NCBI RefSeq assembly: GCF_006345805.1
Contig: NC_043014.1
Span: forward strand, 10,912,001 to 10,976,000
Source: Octopus sinensis
Lineage: Eukaryota
Direction: 5' to 3'
Length of the DNA stretch: 64,000 nucleotides
In this document: one piece after another, positions 24,540 through 38,747 of the stretch
Layout of the letters: each line of letters starts with the position of its first letter
Numbering within the stretch: the stretch's first letter is position 1
Notes under the pieces: model-generated
Seen by the model: only the letters and a program-made list of their open reading frames with translations
Databases searched by the model: none
Told to the model about the DNA's origin: nothing
Program-made: the position numbers and the translations under genes

Positions 24540-24789
24540 TAATATTATATATATATAGATATAAATATATATATATATAATATATATATATAATATATAT
24601 ATATATAATATATATATATAAATATATAAATATATATTATATATAAATTATATAATATATATAAATATATATATATATATAAATATATATATTATATAGA
24701 TAAATATATAAATATATATAAATATATATATATAAATATAATAAAATATAAGATATATATATAAATATATATATATATAATATATATAT

Positions 24790-24835
<46 letters not shown>

Positions 24836-24863
24836 AAATATATATAAATATTATATATATAAA

Positions 24864-24905
<42 letters not shown>

Positions 24906-24936
24906 TATATATATATATTATATATAATATATATAT

Positions 24937-25008
<72 letters not shown>

Positions 25009-25029
25009 ATATATATATATTATAAATAT

Positions 25030-25062
<33 letters not shown>

Positions 25063-25100
25063 AATATATATATATAAATATAATATATATATAAAATATA

Positions 25101-25142
<42 letters not shown>
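24540..25142. repeat. Imperfect (TA)n tract; similar tracts at 26090-26604 and 29448-29990
   Basis: Direct inspection. Confidence 0.98.
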
Positions 25143-25145
<3 letters not shown>

Positions 25146-26090
25146 GCATAATTATACATAATGCCAGGAGGCATTATATATACATGCCCGGATGTAATAT
25201 ATATAAACTCACCCATGTGCTTCGTTGATGTTGATCAGTTAGCTGTTCGGCTTAAGCGAGGCAGGGTCGTTGTTATTTATAATACATTCAGGCCTGCTGA
25301 TGATTACGTAAGTATGAAATCACTGTGATACAGGCCTATATTTTTAAATGTCTTACTTTGAAAAATTGCATTCGGTGGGATTAGTAATATTTTGGTAGAA
25401 ATGACTGATTGTCCCTCTTAGCGTTCGGCATGTATATATAATGCCTCCTGGCATGTATGTATAATTATGCCCTCTATATATAAATTAATATGTTCAATAA
25501 GAAATAATTATTTTCGAAATTTTCTCTTATGAGGTTTTTACGCTATCTACCTGACAATTTCTTGTTAAGTTTTCCTTATTAAGTAGTTGTCCTTAATTGC
25601 AAAATTTTTATTCCGAAAAAACTTTTCCTCTCCCGAAATGCAATTTTGTAAAAGTTTGCCATTCACCCGGAGGTAATATATATAAACTCACCCATGTGCT
25701 TCGTTGATGTTGATCAGTTAGCTGTTCGGCTTAAGCGAGGCAGGGTCGTTGTTTATTTATAATACATTCAGGCCTGCTGATGATTACGTAAGTTGAAATC
25801 ACTGTGATACAGGCCTATATTTTTAAATGTCTTACTTGAAAAATTGCATTCGGTGGGATTAGTAATATTTTTGGTAGTAGAAATGACTGATTGTCCTCTT
25901 AGCGTTCGGCATGTATATATAATGCCTCCTGGCATGTATGTATAATTATGCCCTCTATATATAAATTAATATGTTCAATAAGAAATAATTATTTTCGAAA
26001 TTTTTTCTCTTATGAGGTTTTTACGCTATCTACCTAACAATTTCTTGTTAAGTTTTCTTATTAAGTAGTTGTCCTTAATTGCAAAATTTT
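25141..26090. repeat. Tandem duplication of about 410-480 bp plus an inverted repeat of about 50 bp, between two (TA)n tracts
   Basis: 25190-25600 matches 25672-26090. 25141-25188 is the approximate reverse complement of 25428-25478. Confidence 0.9.
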
Positions 26091-26197
26091 TATATATAAA
26101 TATTATATCTATATATATATAAATATATATATATATATTATATATATATATATATAAATATATAATACTATATATATATATATATATATATATAAAT

Positions 26198-26242
<45 letters not shown>

Positions 26243-26282
26243 AATATATATATATATATATAATATATATATATATATAATT

Positions 26283-26395
<113 letters not shown>

Positions 26396-26402
26396 TATAT
26401 AT

Positions 26403-26479
<77 letters not shown>

Positions 26480-26604
26480 ATATATATATAACTATATATA
26501 TATAATATATAAATATATATATATATATAATAAATATATATAGATATATATATATATATTATATATAATATATATATAATATATATAAATATATATATAT
26601 ATAT

Positions 26605-29447
26605 TGAGGAGTTGCTATGTACATCCGTGGGGACCTCACACCCCGGGTCCTTTTGTCATACTCAGGCTCGGTGTGTGACACACTAATTGTACACATAAGG
26701 CAACTTGATGTAGTTGTGTGTGCTACATATCGCCCTCCAGATGCCCAAGTCATATGGGCAAGTTCGAGGACTGCCTTTTAAAAATAGAAGAAGTTCTAAC
26801 CACATTAGAACAACACATAAGTGTACTTCTCATGGGAGACTTCAATCTACCGAATGTCAGATGGCCCGAGGGCCTTTCTCTCCCAGGAATGACAAGATGT
26901 GAACGTGGACAGGCGAGGTCCCTCCTGAACCTCACCAAACCTGTACATGGAGCAAGTAATACTGCAACCAACCAGAGCAGGTAACACACTGGATCTCTGC
27001 TTCACAAATAATATGGATCTCATCCCTAATGTGAAAGTGACACCGACACTACTCTCGGATCACAACATGGTAGAGCTGACCATGTACGGGCCAAAAGAGA
27101 GCACGGACATGCAGCCTACAAGAAACCCTCAGAATCTTTCCAGCTTGAACTTCAATAAGGCAAACTGGAAACAAATTGAGAAAGAGATCCTCAAACAAAA
27201 TGGCCTGAATGTCTCTCCTCGCCGGACATCGACATGATACTTCAACAATTCATGTCTGTAATGCAAGCCATATGCTACAAATGTGTCCAGAGAGAAAGGC
27301 CACTGTACACAAAAACAAAATCCCCAGAGAGAGGAAAATTTAATGAGACGGCGTACAAACTTTCAAATCGCCTAAACAAACAAATTGAAAGTAGTGAAAA
27401 GTCCCGCCTGAAAAAAAACTGTTGGAAATTGAAAATTGTCTGCAACTTTCCCATGAGAAGGAAAGAGCAGACAAAGAAGCCTGGGCTATAGACAACATAA
27501 AAACTAACCCCAGAGCTTTCTACAGGTATGCCAAAGAAACGGCTACAGTGCACTGTAGGATAGGGCCACTCCTTGAAAAGGATGGCACACTCACAGGAAA
27601 ACCAATGAGGGTAAGTGAAATACTGAATGAACAATTCAAGAGTGTTTTCACTCCACCCCTTGGGCATTTCCAAATCAGCAATCCAACTGACTTCTTTACC
27701 ACTGCAGATATAGAATCAGAGGCGGCGACGGCGACGATAAGTTACATCGAGAAAGGAAGACGATGTAATAAAGGCTATAGATGAAATGAAAATAGACTCA
27801 GCTACTGGCCCCGATGGATTCCGGCAATCCTCTAAAAGTATGTAAGAGAGTCTTAGCAAGACCACTGCAGTCCCTATTTCAGAGCTTCCTTGCAGCTGGC
27901 AAACTTCCAAGGGGACTGAAGGAAGGTAAAATATGCCCTATTATAAAGGAGGTAGCAGAGCGGAGGCAAAGAACTACAGACCTATCTCTCTGACCTCACA
28001 CATCAGCAAGGTCATGGAACGAATAGTCAGAAGGAAACTAATCACCTTCCTTGAAGAAAATAACTTGCTGCCTGACACCCAACATGGTTTCCGACCAGGA
28101 AGAAGCTGCTTAACTCAGCTCCTGCAGCACTATGACTGGGTGCTGAAACAACTGCTCAACCACTCAAATGTGGAAGTCATATATCTCGACTTCGCAAAGG
28201 CCTTCGATAAAGTCGATCACGGAATGATATGTCACAGGTTGCGTGATCTTGGCATAGTTGGAAAACTAGGAGAATCGCTTCACGACTTTCTGAAGAATAG
28301 AAGTCAGGTGGTAGTAGCCAATGGGGCCACTTCCATTAACACGCAAATAATGAGTGGTGTTCCACAGGGCACTGTTTTGGGACCACTACTGTTCATAATG
28401 GCCCTCTCAGACATGCCCTCAGCCACGCAGAGATCCACGATCACAAGTTATGCAGATGATACAAAAGTTTCACAGGCAATACAGAACCTGAGGACACTAA
28501 AAACCTGCAATGTGAGCTGGACGAAATATACAAGTGGGCTGAAAAGAATAGCATGCAGTTCAATGCTGGAAAGTTTCAAGCTTTATACTATCAGCATGCA
28601 AAACTGAATGCAATACCCAATGAATAACTGGACCGACGGAGGGATTGCAATCCCAGAGGCACAATCAGTGCGTGACCTGGGTATTCACATGAGTGATGAC
28701 GCGACCTTTCATGTACATGTTGCTAAACTGACAGTGAAATGTAGACGGCTGGCTGGCTGGATGGATTCTTAGAACCTTTAGAACAAGAGAACAAGAAACC
28801 ATGATGGTCCTCTGGAAGACACTTGTCCTAAGCCACTTTGACTATTGCTTCAGCTATGGTCACCATCCAGTGTCAAGTTGATCACAGAACTTGAGGCGAT
28901 CCAACGAAGCTACACAAAGAAGATAGCCTCTATGCAGAATGTAAGCTACTGGAAAGACTCAAGAGATTAAAATTATACTCCCTGGAGCGTAGGCGGGAAG
29001 ATATGCCATCATATATACATCTGGAAGATCCTGGAGGGAATGTCCTGAACTTTGGCATCGAGAGTTACACAAATGCCAGACTGGGCGCCACTGCGTGGTG
29101 CCTAGGACTCCAAACCTGCCATCAAGAGTAGGACAAGGTTCTGTGATAGCCTGGGCTTCCGAGGCCCACAGCTCTTCAATATCCTCCCGAAGAACCTGAG
29201 AGACCTGCATGGGGGTGGATACAGATGTCTTTAAAATGAAGCTGGATCTCTTCCTGTCAGGTGTCCCAGATGAACCAACTCACGGCAGGAGGGGCAGATG
29301 AGGGCAGCTGCATCGAACTCTCTCATGCACCAAATAGCAGTTGCTAGAAAGCCTCCATGAAGTGAAACCAAGTAGCAACACCAAATGGCGGTGCCCCCGC
29401 ATGGCACAGCTCATAGGCTGGAACTGGAATCAATCAATCAATCAATC
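26605..29447 (+). mobile_element. CR1-clade LINE ORF2 (APE endonuclease + RT), 5'-truncated, frameshifted, (TCAA)n tail
   Basis: APE-type GVAMYI..TYRPPD and SDHN motifs; RT motifs NYRPISLTS, QHGFRPGRSC, YLDFAKAFDKVDH, SGVPQGTVLGPLLF, YADD. Ends in aatcaatcaatc. Confidence 0.95.
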
Positions 29448-29449
29448 AT

Positions 29450-29495
<46 letters not shown>

Positions 29496-29578
29496 AATAT
29501 ATATATATATATAATATATATATAAAATATATATTATATATATATATTATATATATAATATATAAATATATATATTAT

Positions 29579-29610
<32 letters not shown>

Positions 29611-29639
29611 ATATATATAAATATATAATCTATATATAT

Positions 29640-29676
<37 letters not shown>

Positions 29677-29699
29677 ATATATATATATATGATATATAT

Positions 29700-29733
<34 letters not shown>

Positions 29734-29947
29734 TATATTATATAATATATATATATAAATTAATATATATATATATTATAATAAATAAATATATATATAT
29801 ATATATATCTATACTATATATATATATATAAATATTATATATATTATATATAATATATTATATATATATATATAAATATTATATATATATATATAAAATA
29901 TATATATATATCTATATAAAATATATATATATATATCTATATATATA

Positions 29948-29989
<42 letters not shown>

Positions 29990-32534
29990 GTGCATATTAA
30001 AATTATTTCTTTCTACTACAATAATGGGTGGATAAGTAATTTTGAATACTTTTTCGAATATGATTTGGCATATCGTCTGTTTATATAGTCTGCGATATTC
30101 AAATAACCGTCATCGAAATTTTGTAGAGGTTTTAAAAACACTTCAAACATTTCTAAACATTCTCAGCCATTTTCAGTGTTTTCTAGGTTAAGATCGTTAA
30201 GAACATTTCCATTTAGTCATCCTCGCTCTCTTGTTCACCTTTAAGCATGCTTCAAAGTTCTTCAGATTTTTTTTCTGTTTTGATTTGTCTTCTTATTTTT
30301 TTTTTTTTTTTTTTTGTTTTTTTCAGACAATATGAAGAAAGCGAATAAGAAACATTTATTTACGCGTCAAATATTTTTTTCAATCCTTCTAATTTTTTTA
30401 TTTCATAATCATATTTTATGATCTTTTCCCAAGTTGTTTTCAATTTATTTCTATTTCATGTTGACTTGTAAAATCAAAATATCTTTTTTTCTTTAAAATC
30501 GTTTCAATACATGACGCGTTCGACGAATGAAAGGAATATTCAACATTTTATAAATTTGCAACATTTCAAATTTTCTGTTTTAGCTTCGCATTCGTGATTC
30601 TCGGTAACTTAGTAAACTAATTACTATTTTGAATATGCATTTAACTGAACTGCTATTGTCTAATAAGTGTTTGTTCCTTCTCGAGCCATACCTGGCTCAT
30701 AAGGGCCGGTTTCCCGGTTTCCTTGGCGTATAGGTTCCCCACCTGGACAGGACGCCGGTCCGTCGCAGGTGAGCTGCAAGAAACAGGAAGAAAGAGTGAG
30801 AGAAAGTTGTGGCGAAAGAGTCAGCAGAAGTTCGCCATTGGAAAGTAAAAGCTGGTCTCGGTAGGATTTCATTTTAAAACATAAAGGGCCGGAGGAAATG
30901 CAACTAAACATTTTGTCCGACATGCTAATGATCTTAACAGCTCGCCGCTTTTCTAATACATTTAGCTCTTATTTATCATACTCAGATTTCTTTAACCTTT
31001 TCCGGTCATTTTTCAATCTGTTTCAGTTCATAGTTAATATCTTTCTGTTTTATCACCATGACCAGCTAGAATATCAGATGTTGATACACATCGCTGGTCA
31101 CAATGCGCTTGGTATTGTTTTAGCCTTCAAATGACGCCACCCCGCTGGCTAAGCGAGCATGCCAACAGAAGAAAGAGTGAGAGAAAGTTGTGGCGAAAGA
31201 GTACAGCAGGGATCGCCACCACCCCCTGCCAGAGCCTCGTGGAGCTTTGGGTGTTTTCGCTCAATAAACACTCACAACGCCCAGCCTGGGAATCGAAACC
31301 GCGATCCTCCGACCGCGAGTCCGCTGCCCTAACCACTGGGCCATTACGCCTCCACCTTTCTGTTTTATATTTCCATATATCTGTCCGTTTGCTTATCCTT
31401 TCTAACCCTTTCTACTCTTTCCAAAATCTCTTTTATTTCTCCCTTGATCTCATTCTACTCCAACATCTTCCCCTACTTACTACCATTGCCCCATTGTTTA
31501 ATCTTTTCCCGTTCATTCAGTCGAGTTCCGGACGGCTTTTCTTTCCTTTCAATTATTACTCTCAGTATATTTCGTTTGTTTCTTTCCCTTCTCGAGGTTT
31601 CTAATCCTATTTTACTAATATTCATGGTGTCTCGATCTTTTTATAACAATATCTGTTGTATATCACGCTTCAGTGAATCACATTGTCATTTGACATTTAT
31701 ATATTCACCCAATTCATGTTTTTCATTATTTTCTGTCCTTTTAATACTTACAATAAATTTTTAGTAATATTGATTCTTTTCCAATTTTTCTTACTGCTTT
31801 TTGTATTCTCGGAAATTTTTCAAAAGTGTTTTCAACTATTTCATATTTTAGGTTTTTTTAAAAAGTATTGTTAATCTAAACTTTCACTCCATTTTCTCTC
31901 TTTTATTCCATATTCATCCAACTTCTTTCAGTTTTCGTCGTTGTTTTATGATGTTCAAACACTTTTTATTGTTGATAGCATTTTTCAGCCGAATTTTACA
32001 AGTGAATTTTTTCATTGCGTTCCTTATTCTTTTTATTATTATTGAGTGAGAGAGCAGTGCATGCCATCAGAGTGACACTGGGGTAAAATATACGAAGCCC
32101 AATATACCCATCTTGACTACCCGTCTGATAAGGGTACGCCAGGCACATGCATCACAACCATATGTGCGCGATATGGTGATCTATCAAGATAAACAACACA
32201 CGACCTTGCAGGTGGGGCCCAGTTAGAACTTTCTTCTGGTCGAGTAGCCCATACCGCTCAAAAGGTCCCTGAATAAGGATTGTTTAAGGATGTTGAACGA
32301 ACCACCCATGTTTCCAAATGTGAATTATTCAAACCCCAAAGAATCCTTCTCAACACATGGCTATGATGCTCCCCCACTACTTCTGCTCGTGATCTGAGAA
32401 GCACATATCGTCAGCCACTAAGGGACATGGTCAACTGGTTAAAGTTAAACAATTGACAAACAAATCTGTGGTATTGAGCAGAATATTTGCTGTAGCCCAT
32501 CTTTTATACCAAGACAAAACAATGTACATGATAA

Positions 32535-32865
32535 CACTTCCAATCATTATTATTATTATATGTTTGACTTTTGCTTTACATTTGTACAAGTTGTCTCTTG
32601 TGGTCTCTGGGTGAGACTTGGAGCCAACAAGTTGGAAGTTCATGTTGATGTTATGCTTAGGGTGCCATATATTTGGTTTTGTATTTAGTGTTGTACTAGT
32701 GAATGTCTAAAAAACCATACGAAAATTATGTTTGTTTTAAAACTTGAGATTACACAGAAAGTATTTTGCGTAGGATTTGAGCAGTTCCCATAAGCACTAT
32801 CTTTTGAATTTCTGCCATTTTTGGGGTTTCCTGGTATCTGAGTTAGGTAGCAATCTTATTATTAT
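32535..32865 (-). mobile_element. R4/Dong-like LINE 3' end with (AAT)n tail
   Basis: PGNPKMAEIQKIVLMGTAQILRKILSV*, then a 3' UTR and aataataat. Confidence 0.7.
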
Positions 32866-32869
32866 TATC

Positions 32870-32935
<66 letters not shown>

Positions 32936-33188
32936 TGCTGCGGAATAGTTCAGACGTACTTTTTACCATGTTGTGTAAGTCTCTCTTGGAATCGTTGTTT
33001 TTCACCAGTTTTGTGTCTTTATGTGCATATATTTTATTGTAATTTGTCATTAAGGGAACTAGAAATTCTTTGGCTGGTGTTTTATGTTAGCTTTAGCTCT
33101 TAAAGAGCAAATTTTGCCTCCTGAAAATAGCTCGGTGACGTTAAGAGAAAAAGAAATCCACGTTCAAGATGTCGGTGTCCTCAAGGAA

Positions 33189-33424
33189 AAGGCGGCGAGC
33201 TGGCAGAAACGTTAGCACGCCGGGCGAAGTGCCCAGCCGTATTTCGTCTGCCGTTACGTTCTGAGTTCAAATTCCGCCGAGGTCGACTTTGCCTTCATCC
33301 TTTCGGGGTTGATAAATTAACTACCAGTTACGCACTGGGGTCGATGTAATCGACTTAATCCGTTTCTCTGTCCTTGCTTGTCCTCTCTGTGTTTAGCCCC
33401 TTGTGGGTAGTAAAGAAATAGGTA
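33189..33424 (+). mobile_element. SINE family C monomer (236 bp), 11-bp TSD
   Basis: TSD tcctcaaggaa at 33178-33188 and 33425-33435. Head aaggcggcgagctggcagaaacgttagc..gagttcaaattcc; end gtaaagaaataggta. Confidence 0.92.
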
Positions 33425-34242
33425 TCCTCAAGGAAGACGAAGTTTTCCTTCCCCTTCCTCAAATGCGAGGTATTTGCGTGGTGAGTGGTGATGGAAGCGA
33501 GAGCGGACAATAATAACAATACCAACAGCAAGCTGCCTAACGTCGGGGTACTAGGAGTTGGGAATACCACAGAAAAACTCGGCAGCAGCACCATCAACAA
33601 TAATTGCACGATGTTGAGCATAGGTGCAGGAGTGGCTGTGTGGTAAGTAGCTTGCTAACCAACCACATTGTTCCGGGTTCAGTCCCACTGCGTGGCACCT
33701 TGGGCAAGTGTCTTCTGCTATAGCTCCGGGCCGACCAATGTCTTGTGAGTGGATTTGGTAGATGGAAACTGAAAGAAGCCTGTCGTATATATGTATATAT
33801 ATTTTTTTTTGTATGTGTTTGTGTGTCTGTGTTTGTACCCCTAGCATTGCTTGACAACCGATGCTGGTGTGTTTACGTCCCCGTCACTTAGCGGTTCGGC
33901 AAAAGAGACCGATAGAATAAGTACTAGGCTTACAAAGAATAAGTCCCGGGGTCGATTTGCTCGACTAAAGGCGGTGCTCCAGCATGGCCGCAGTCAAATG
34001 ACTGAAACATGTAAAAGAGTATGCAGAGTGACAGCAAAAGCAGCAGCAGCAGCCGTTCAAAAATTTGGACCTGGAGATCTCCATTTGCAGCGACTTCGAG
34101 GACCACCTCCCAGTGGTGTCGGGCGTCAACGAAGAGCCCTCGACTACAAGACAACCAAAGTTTTTTTTTTTTACAAAGTCTGGGGTCTCCCGCCCCTAAG
34201 CCCTAGACCATCACCTAATCACCCTTACCCGTCTTGTTGCTT

Positions 34243-34276
<34 letters not shown>

Positions 34277-34559
34277 GCAACTCCACCACCACCACCATAA
34301 CAACACCAACACCAAGCATTGACACAAATAATAGTAACATCGTGAACAGCAAAAACAACACCAACAGGAGCCAGTCGATTAGATCGACCTCAGTACGAAA
34401 CTGGTACTTAATAAGTCCCCGAAAATATAAAAGGCACAGTCAACCTCGGTGGAATTTGAACTCAGAACTTAAAGACAGACGAAATACCTATTTCTTTACT
34501 ATAACTCTGCTCCACACACAGTTTACGATTCTAATCAAGATATTAAAAAAGATGTTGGC

Positions 34560-35645
34560 ATTTGTCGTCAAAAGTGTGGTTCGAGGAAGCGCAGATATAC
34601 GTAATTCGTCCAGGTTAATACTCAGCCTCCACCTCATGTGATTCATCATAAAGAAGTAAACCAGGTTTCAGTGGGCTCTGATCAATTTAGGACAATCAAA
34701 AGAAGGAAGTAAACCAGGTTTCAGTGGGCTCTGATCAATTTAGGACAATCAAGAGCTTTCGCTAGGGTTGACCATCGATTCTTTAGGGAAGTTATCAAAG
34801 TAGCCTGTTACGATCCCGTTTTTAAAGGCTGGATCGTTTCACTGTATAACAGAATCTGCTCAGTGGTCAGAGTGAACGGCCACCAATCAGAACCGTTTCA
34901 GATCATACGTTCGGTCCGCCAAAGATACCCTCTCTCTTCCCTTTTGTACATACTGACCTCGAGCGACCACCTCGGAAACTAGAGCTGTTAGAGAGCATCC
35001 CGCTCGAACTGCGACGTGGAAGGACTGTGTAAGCATATGCGGACGACGTCACCGGAATGGTGTTGGGAACCTCAGAAATCGGCGTGGTTGGCAACTACCT
35101 AGAGGAATATGAAAAGCAGACTGGAGCAAAAATTAACCCGGGTAAATCAGTGGGTTTACAGATTAGCACATGGAAAGACAAATCCATGCCGCTCAACAGC
35201 ATCGTGTGACGCTAGTCGGATGGACCGATGGAATTGCTTGGGTTTTAGTTTAGCCCACACTTACAAGTGGTTAAAAACTGGGACGAGTTAACGAGGAGTG
35301 GTCACTCGCCTAGAAATGGGCCGAGAGGAAGCGATCTCTGAGAAGTCGGGCAGAAGGGGCGAACGCGTATATCTGCTTTGTCATATATCAGCGGCTGACT
35401 GTCGTACCTTGCTCCAGCTCGTATCGCACCAAGTCAGAGCGTTTGCTCTTCCACTTCTAGTGGAAAGGATGGATTCCTCTGGTCAAGCGGTCCTTCTGCA
35501 ACCAATACGCTTTGCGCAGCGGATTCGACATGCCGGGGCTGAAAATGCGCAAATATGCGTTGCGGCCGCAGCAATTGCAGATATTCCTAAGCAATAAACA
35601 AGCGTGGTCAACTTTGTCAAGCATGCCATTCCGCAACTTGTACTT
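34560..35645 (+). mobile_element. Tx1/L1-like LINE reverse transcriptase remnant
   Basis: Decayed DQSKAF.RVDH, VRVNGHQSEPFQIIRSVRQ.YPLS.LLYIL, AYADDVT and YEKQTGAKINPGKS motifs. Contains a local tandem duplication of about 50 bp at 34650-34750. Confidence 0.85.
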
Positions 35646-35654
35646 GGGACATGC

Positions 35655-36410
35655 AAAGACCAAGTTAGCAGAATCTTCAGCACACCGGAAAAATGCTTAG
35701 AGGTATTTTGTCTGTCCTTTCGTTCTAAGTTCAAATTCCGCCGAGGTCGACTTTGCCTTTCATCCTTTCGAGGTCGATAAATTAAGTACCAGTTACGCAC
35801 TGGAACCGATATAATCGATTTAATCGTTTGTCTGTCCATCTTTGTCCCCTCTGTGTTTAGCCCCTTGTGGGTAGTAAAGAAATAGGTATTTCGTGTGCCG
35901 TTACGTTCTGAGTTCAAATTCCGCCGAGGTCGACTTTGCTTTTCATCCTTACGGGGTCGATAAATTAAGTACCAGTTACGCACTGGGGTCGATATAATCG
36001 ACTTAATTCATTTGTCTGTCCTTGTTTGTCCTCTCTGTGTTTAGCCCCTTGTGGGTAGTAAAGAAATAGGTATTTCGTCTGCCGCTACGTTCTGAGTTCA
36101 AATTCCGCCGAGGTCGACTTTGCCTTTCATCCTTTCGGGGTCGATAAATTAAGTACCAGTTACGCACTGGGGTCGATATAATCCGTTTGTCTGTCCTTGT
36201 TTGTCCTCTCTGTGTTTAGCCCCTTGTAGGTGGTAAAGAAATAGGTATTTCGTCCGTCTTTATGTTCTGAATGGAAACGCTGCCGAGGTGACTTTGCCTT
36301 TCATTCTTTCGAGGTCGATAAAAGAAGTACCTGTTGAACATTGGGGTCGATGTAATCGATTATCCTCCTCCTCGTAAATTTGAGGCCTTGTGTAGAAGGG
36401 ATTAAGGCGG
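35655..36410 (+). repeat. Family C SINE tetramer
   Basis: Head near 35660 and aaata|ggtatttcgt junctions near 35885, 36068 and 36243. Confidence 0.88.
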
Positions 36411-36781
36411 CGAGCTGGCAGTATGGTTAGCAGACCCGGAAAAATGTTCTAGGGGCATTTCTTTCGGCTTTACGTTCAGAGTTCAAATTCCACCGAGGTC
36501 GACTTTGTCTTTCATTCTTCCAAGGTTCACAAAATAACTATCATTTATGTACTGGGACCGATGAAAGTGACTAGCCTCTCATCTAAAATGCCAGGCCTTC
36601 TACGAAAAATTAATACGAAATAAATGTATTTACTTCTAATCCGGTGCTCATCATGAAGACTTTTGGTCTAAAGAAGAATTCACCTGATGCAGGAGTGAGT
36701 TTACTTGTGCCTTCTTCAAGTTTATTGAGAAGGAGATCGAATTAAACACATGCAATTTAGAATCAAAATGAAGCAACATTA

Positions 36782-37275
36782 CCGTAAATCCTCGAGTATA
36801 ATCCGCATTTTTTCCCCAAAATTTAAAGGTCAAAATCCCTAGTGCGTACTATATACGAGGTAAAAATGAAAAATATTTTCTAAGCAATGTTCAAGTCTCT
36901 ATTTGCTGTCCGGCAATGTTCATTCAGATGCATTTTGTGATGTGGGGCGCAAAAATACCTTAAGCTAAGCCTGAAAGCAATGAAGTCATAAAAGAATCAT
37001 CCATAACTTGCAGTAAGCAATATTTATTAAACGTTATTACGGTTATTTCTTTATTTTCTGTAAATAAAATGCACAAAAAAGCTACACGTTTGCATTATGT
37101 TATATATACAATAATAATAAAGGATGTTACTGTATACACTTTAACAAACCAAGGACGTTATATAGACCTCCTTGACTCAAGTTAGAGAAGGGGTGCGTAT
37201 TATACACAAGGTTTTGGCTTTTCAGAGGTACAGCCTTCTAAAAATATCCTGCGTATTATACTCAAGGATTTACGG
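36782..37275 (+). mobile_element. Tc2/pogo-type MITE (CCGT termini, TA TSD)
   Basis: ta|ccgtaaatcctcgagtataa ... ttatactcaaggatttacgg|ta. A second copy lies at 43922-44810. Confidence 0.85.
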
Positions 37276-37334
37276 TAAGTCCAAAGAGGATAATTATTTT
37301 ACTTGGAAGAAATAGGTAAACAAGGGAAGCAACT

Positions 37335-37815
37335 TTTATGGTAGGGGAGGTAATTCAAGGCAAGGATGTAAAATGAAATATAAATATGGTTAATGGATGT
37401 CTTGTACTTCTCAGTTGTTCCAGTTTGAAATATTTCTCATCACCATATACGTAAAATAACGTAGAAATTTCCTTTCACCACATTACGTACGGTTTATCGT
37501 CGGAATTTTTTATTCCATAGTTTCAAATTTTGACACCGGCGGAATTTGAAACAGGATTGAAAACAGCCGGGAGAAATGCCGCTCAGCCGTTTTTACAAAG
37601 CATTAACCCTTCTAGTAGATCACCGGTGTAATTTTAGTTGCAAATTTTGGCACAAAACCAACAATTATGTGGTGAAAGGAAATTTCTACGTTATTTTACG
37701 TATATGGTGATGAGAAATATTTCAAACTGGAACAACTGAGAAGTACAAGACATCCATTAACCATATTTATATTTCATTTTACATCCTTGCCTTGAATTAC
37801 CTCCCCTACCATAAA
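37335..37815. repeat. Perfect 149-bp inverted repeat (37335-37483 and 37667-37815)
   Basis: Base-by-base reverse-complement identity with a 183-bp spacer. Confidence 0.95.
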
Positions 37816-38747
37816 TTATGGAGGACCACATCGACCCTGGTACGTGACAGGTACTCATTTTACCGTCATGAAAATATGAAATGTGAGTCAACCTCGGCAG
37901 AATTTCAACTCAGAACGTAAAAAACCGGAAAAAATCCTGCTAAGCAGTTGCTCCGAAGCATTAACCCGCCTGAATAATAATGATAATAATAATAATAATC
38001 CTTTCTACTATAGACACAAGGCTGGAATTTGGTGGTGGGTGGGGAGGGAAACTAGTCGATTACATCAATCCTAGTGTTTCGCTCTTATCTAATTTATCGA
38101 CCCCGATAAAAGATGAAAGGCACAGTCGACTTGGATGGAATTTGAACTAAGAACACGACGAAGACAGAAGAAATGCCATTAAACATTTCGCCCGAGATTG
38201 CTAACGGTTCTCACAATTCACTTCAAGAAGAAGAAGAAGAAGAAGAAGTGTAGGAATTTACATAAAAGATGAGGAGGAAAAAAGGGGGGTGAAAAGAGTA
38301 AACATAGCGTACTAAGTATATTACAACATGAATGATGTAGTCCTCTGGATTGGCCCTACAACTAGGGCCAATCAAGGAACCCCAACATATCCAAGATTAC
38401 CCTGACCGCCAAAGGCACAAGCCCTAAACCAATTGTTGCTCTCCAGTCCACAGGCGCATGCTTGAAGTAAAGCCATTCACTCTTACCATTTTTGCCAGTC
38501 ACACTTCTTTTCATTAATTCACTGGGAGGTAGAGCTTCTCTCTTCTTCCTCACTTTCCTTTTCCAATTAGAATTCTAAAAAGTCGATGAAAATATTTGTT
38601 TCTTTTGTTTAGCTGGAGTTGTTTTTTGTCGACATTTTGTCATGCCTCTGCATATTACGAGTGGATTTGTACGGTGTTTAAAATCCTTATAAAGATGCTG
38701 ATTGATAGAATTGATAAAGAATCTGATTAAAATGTGGTATAAGGTTT

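Noticed and set aside
38362-38553. 63-aa ORF as an exon of an unknown gene
   Set aside because: No recognisable homology, no convincing splice pair and no neighbouring exons.
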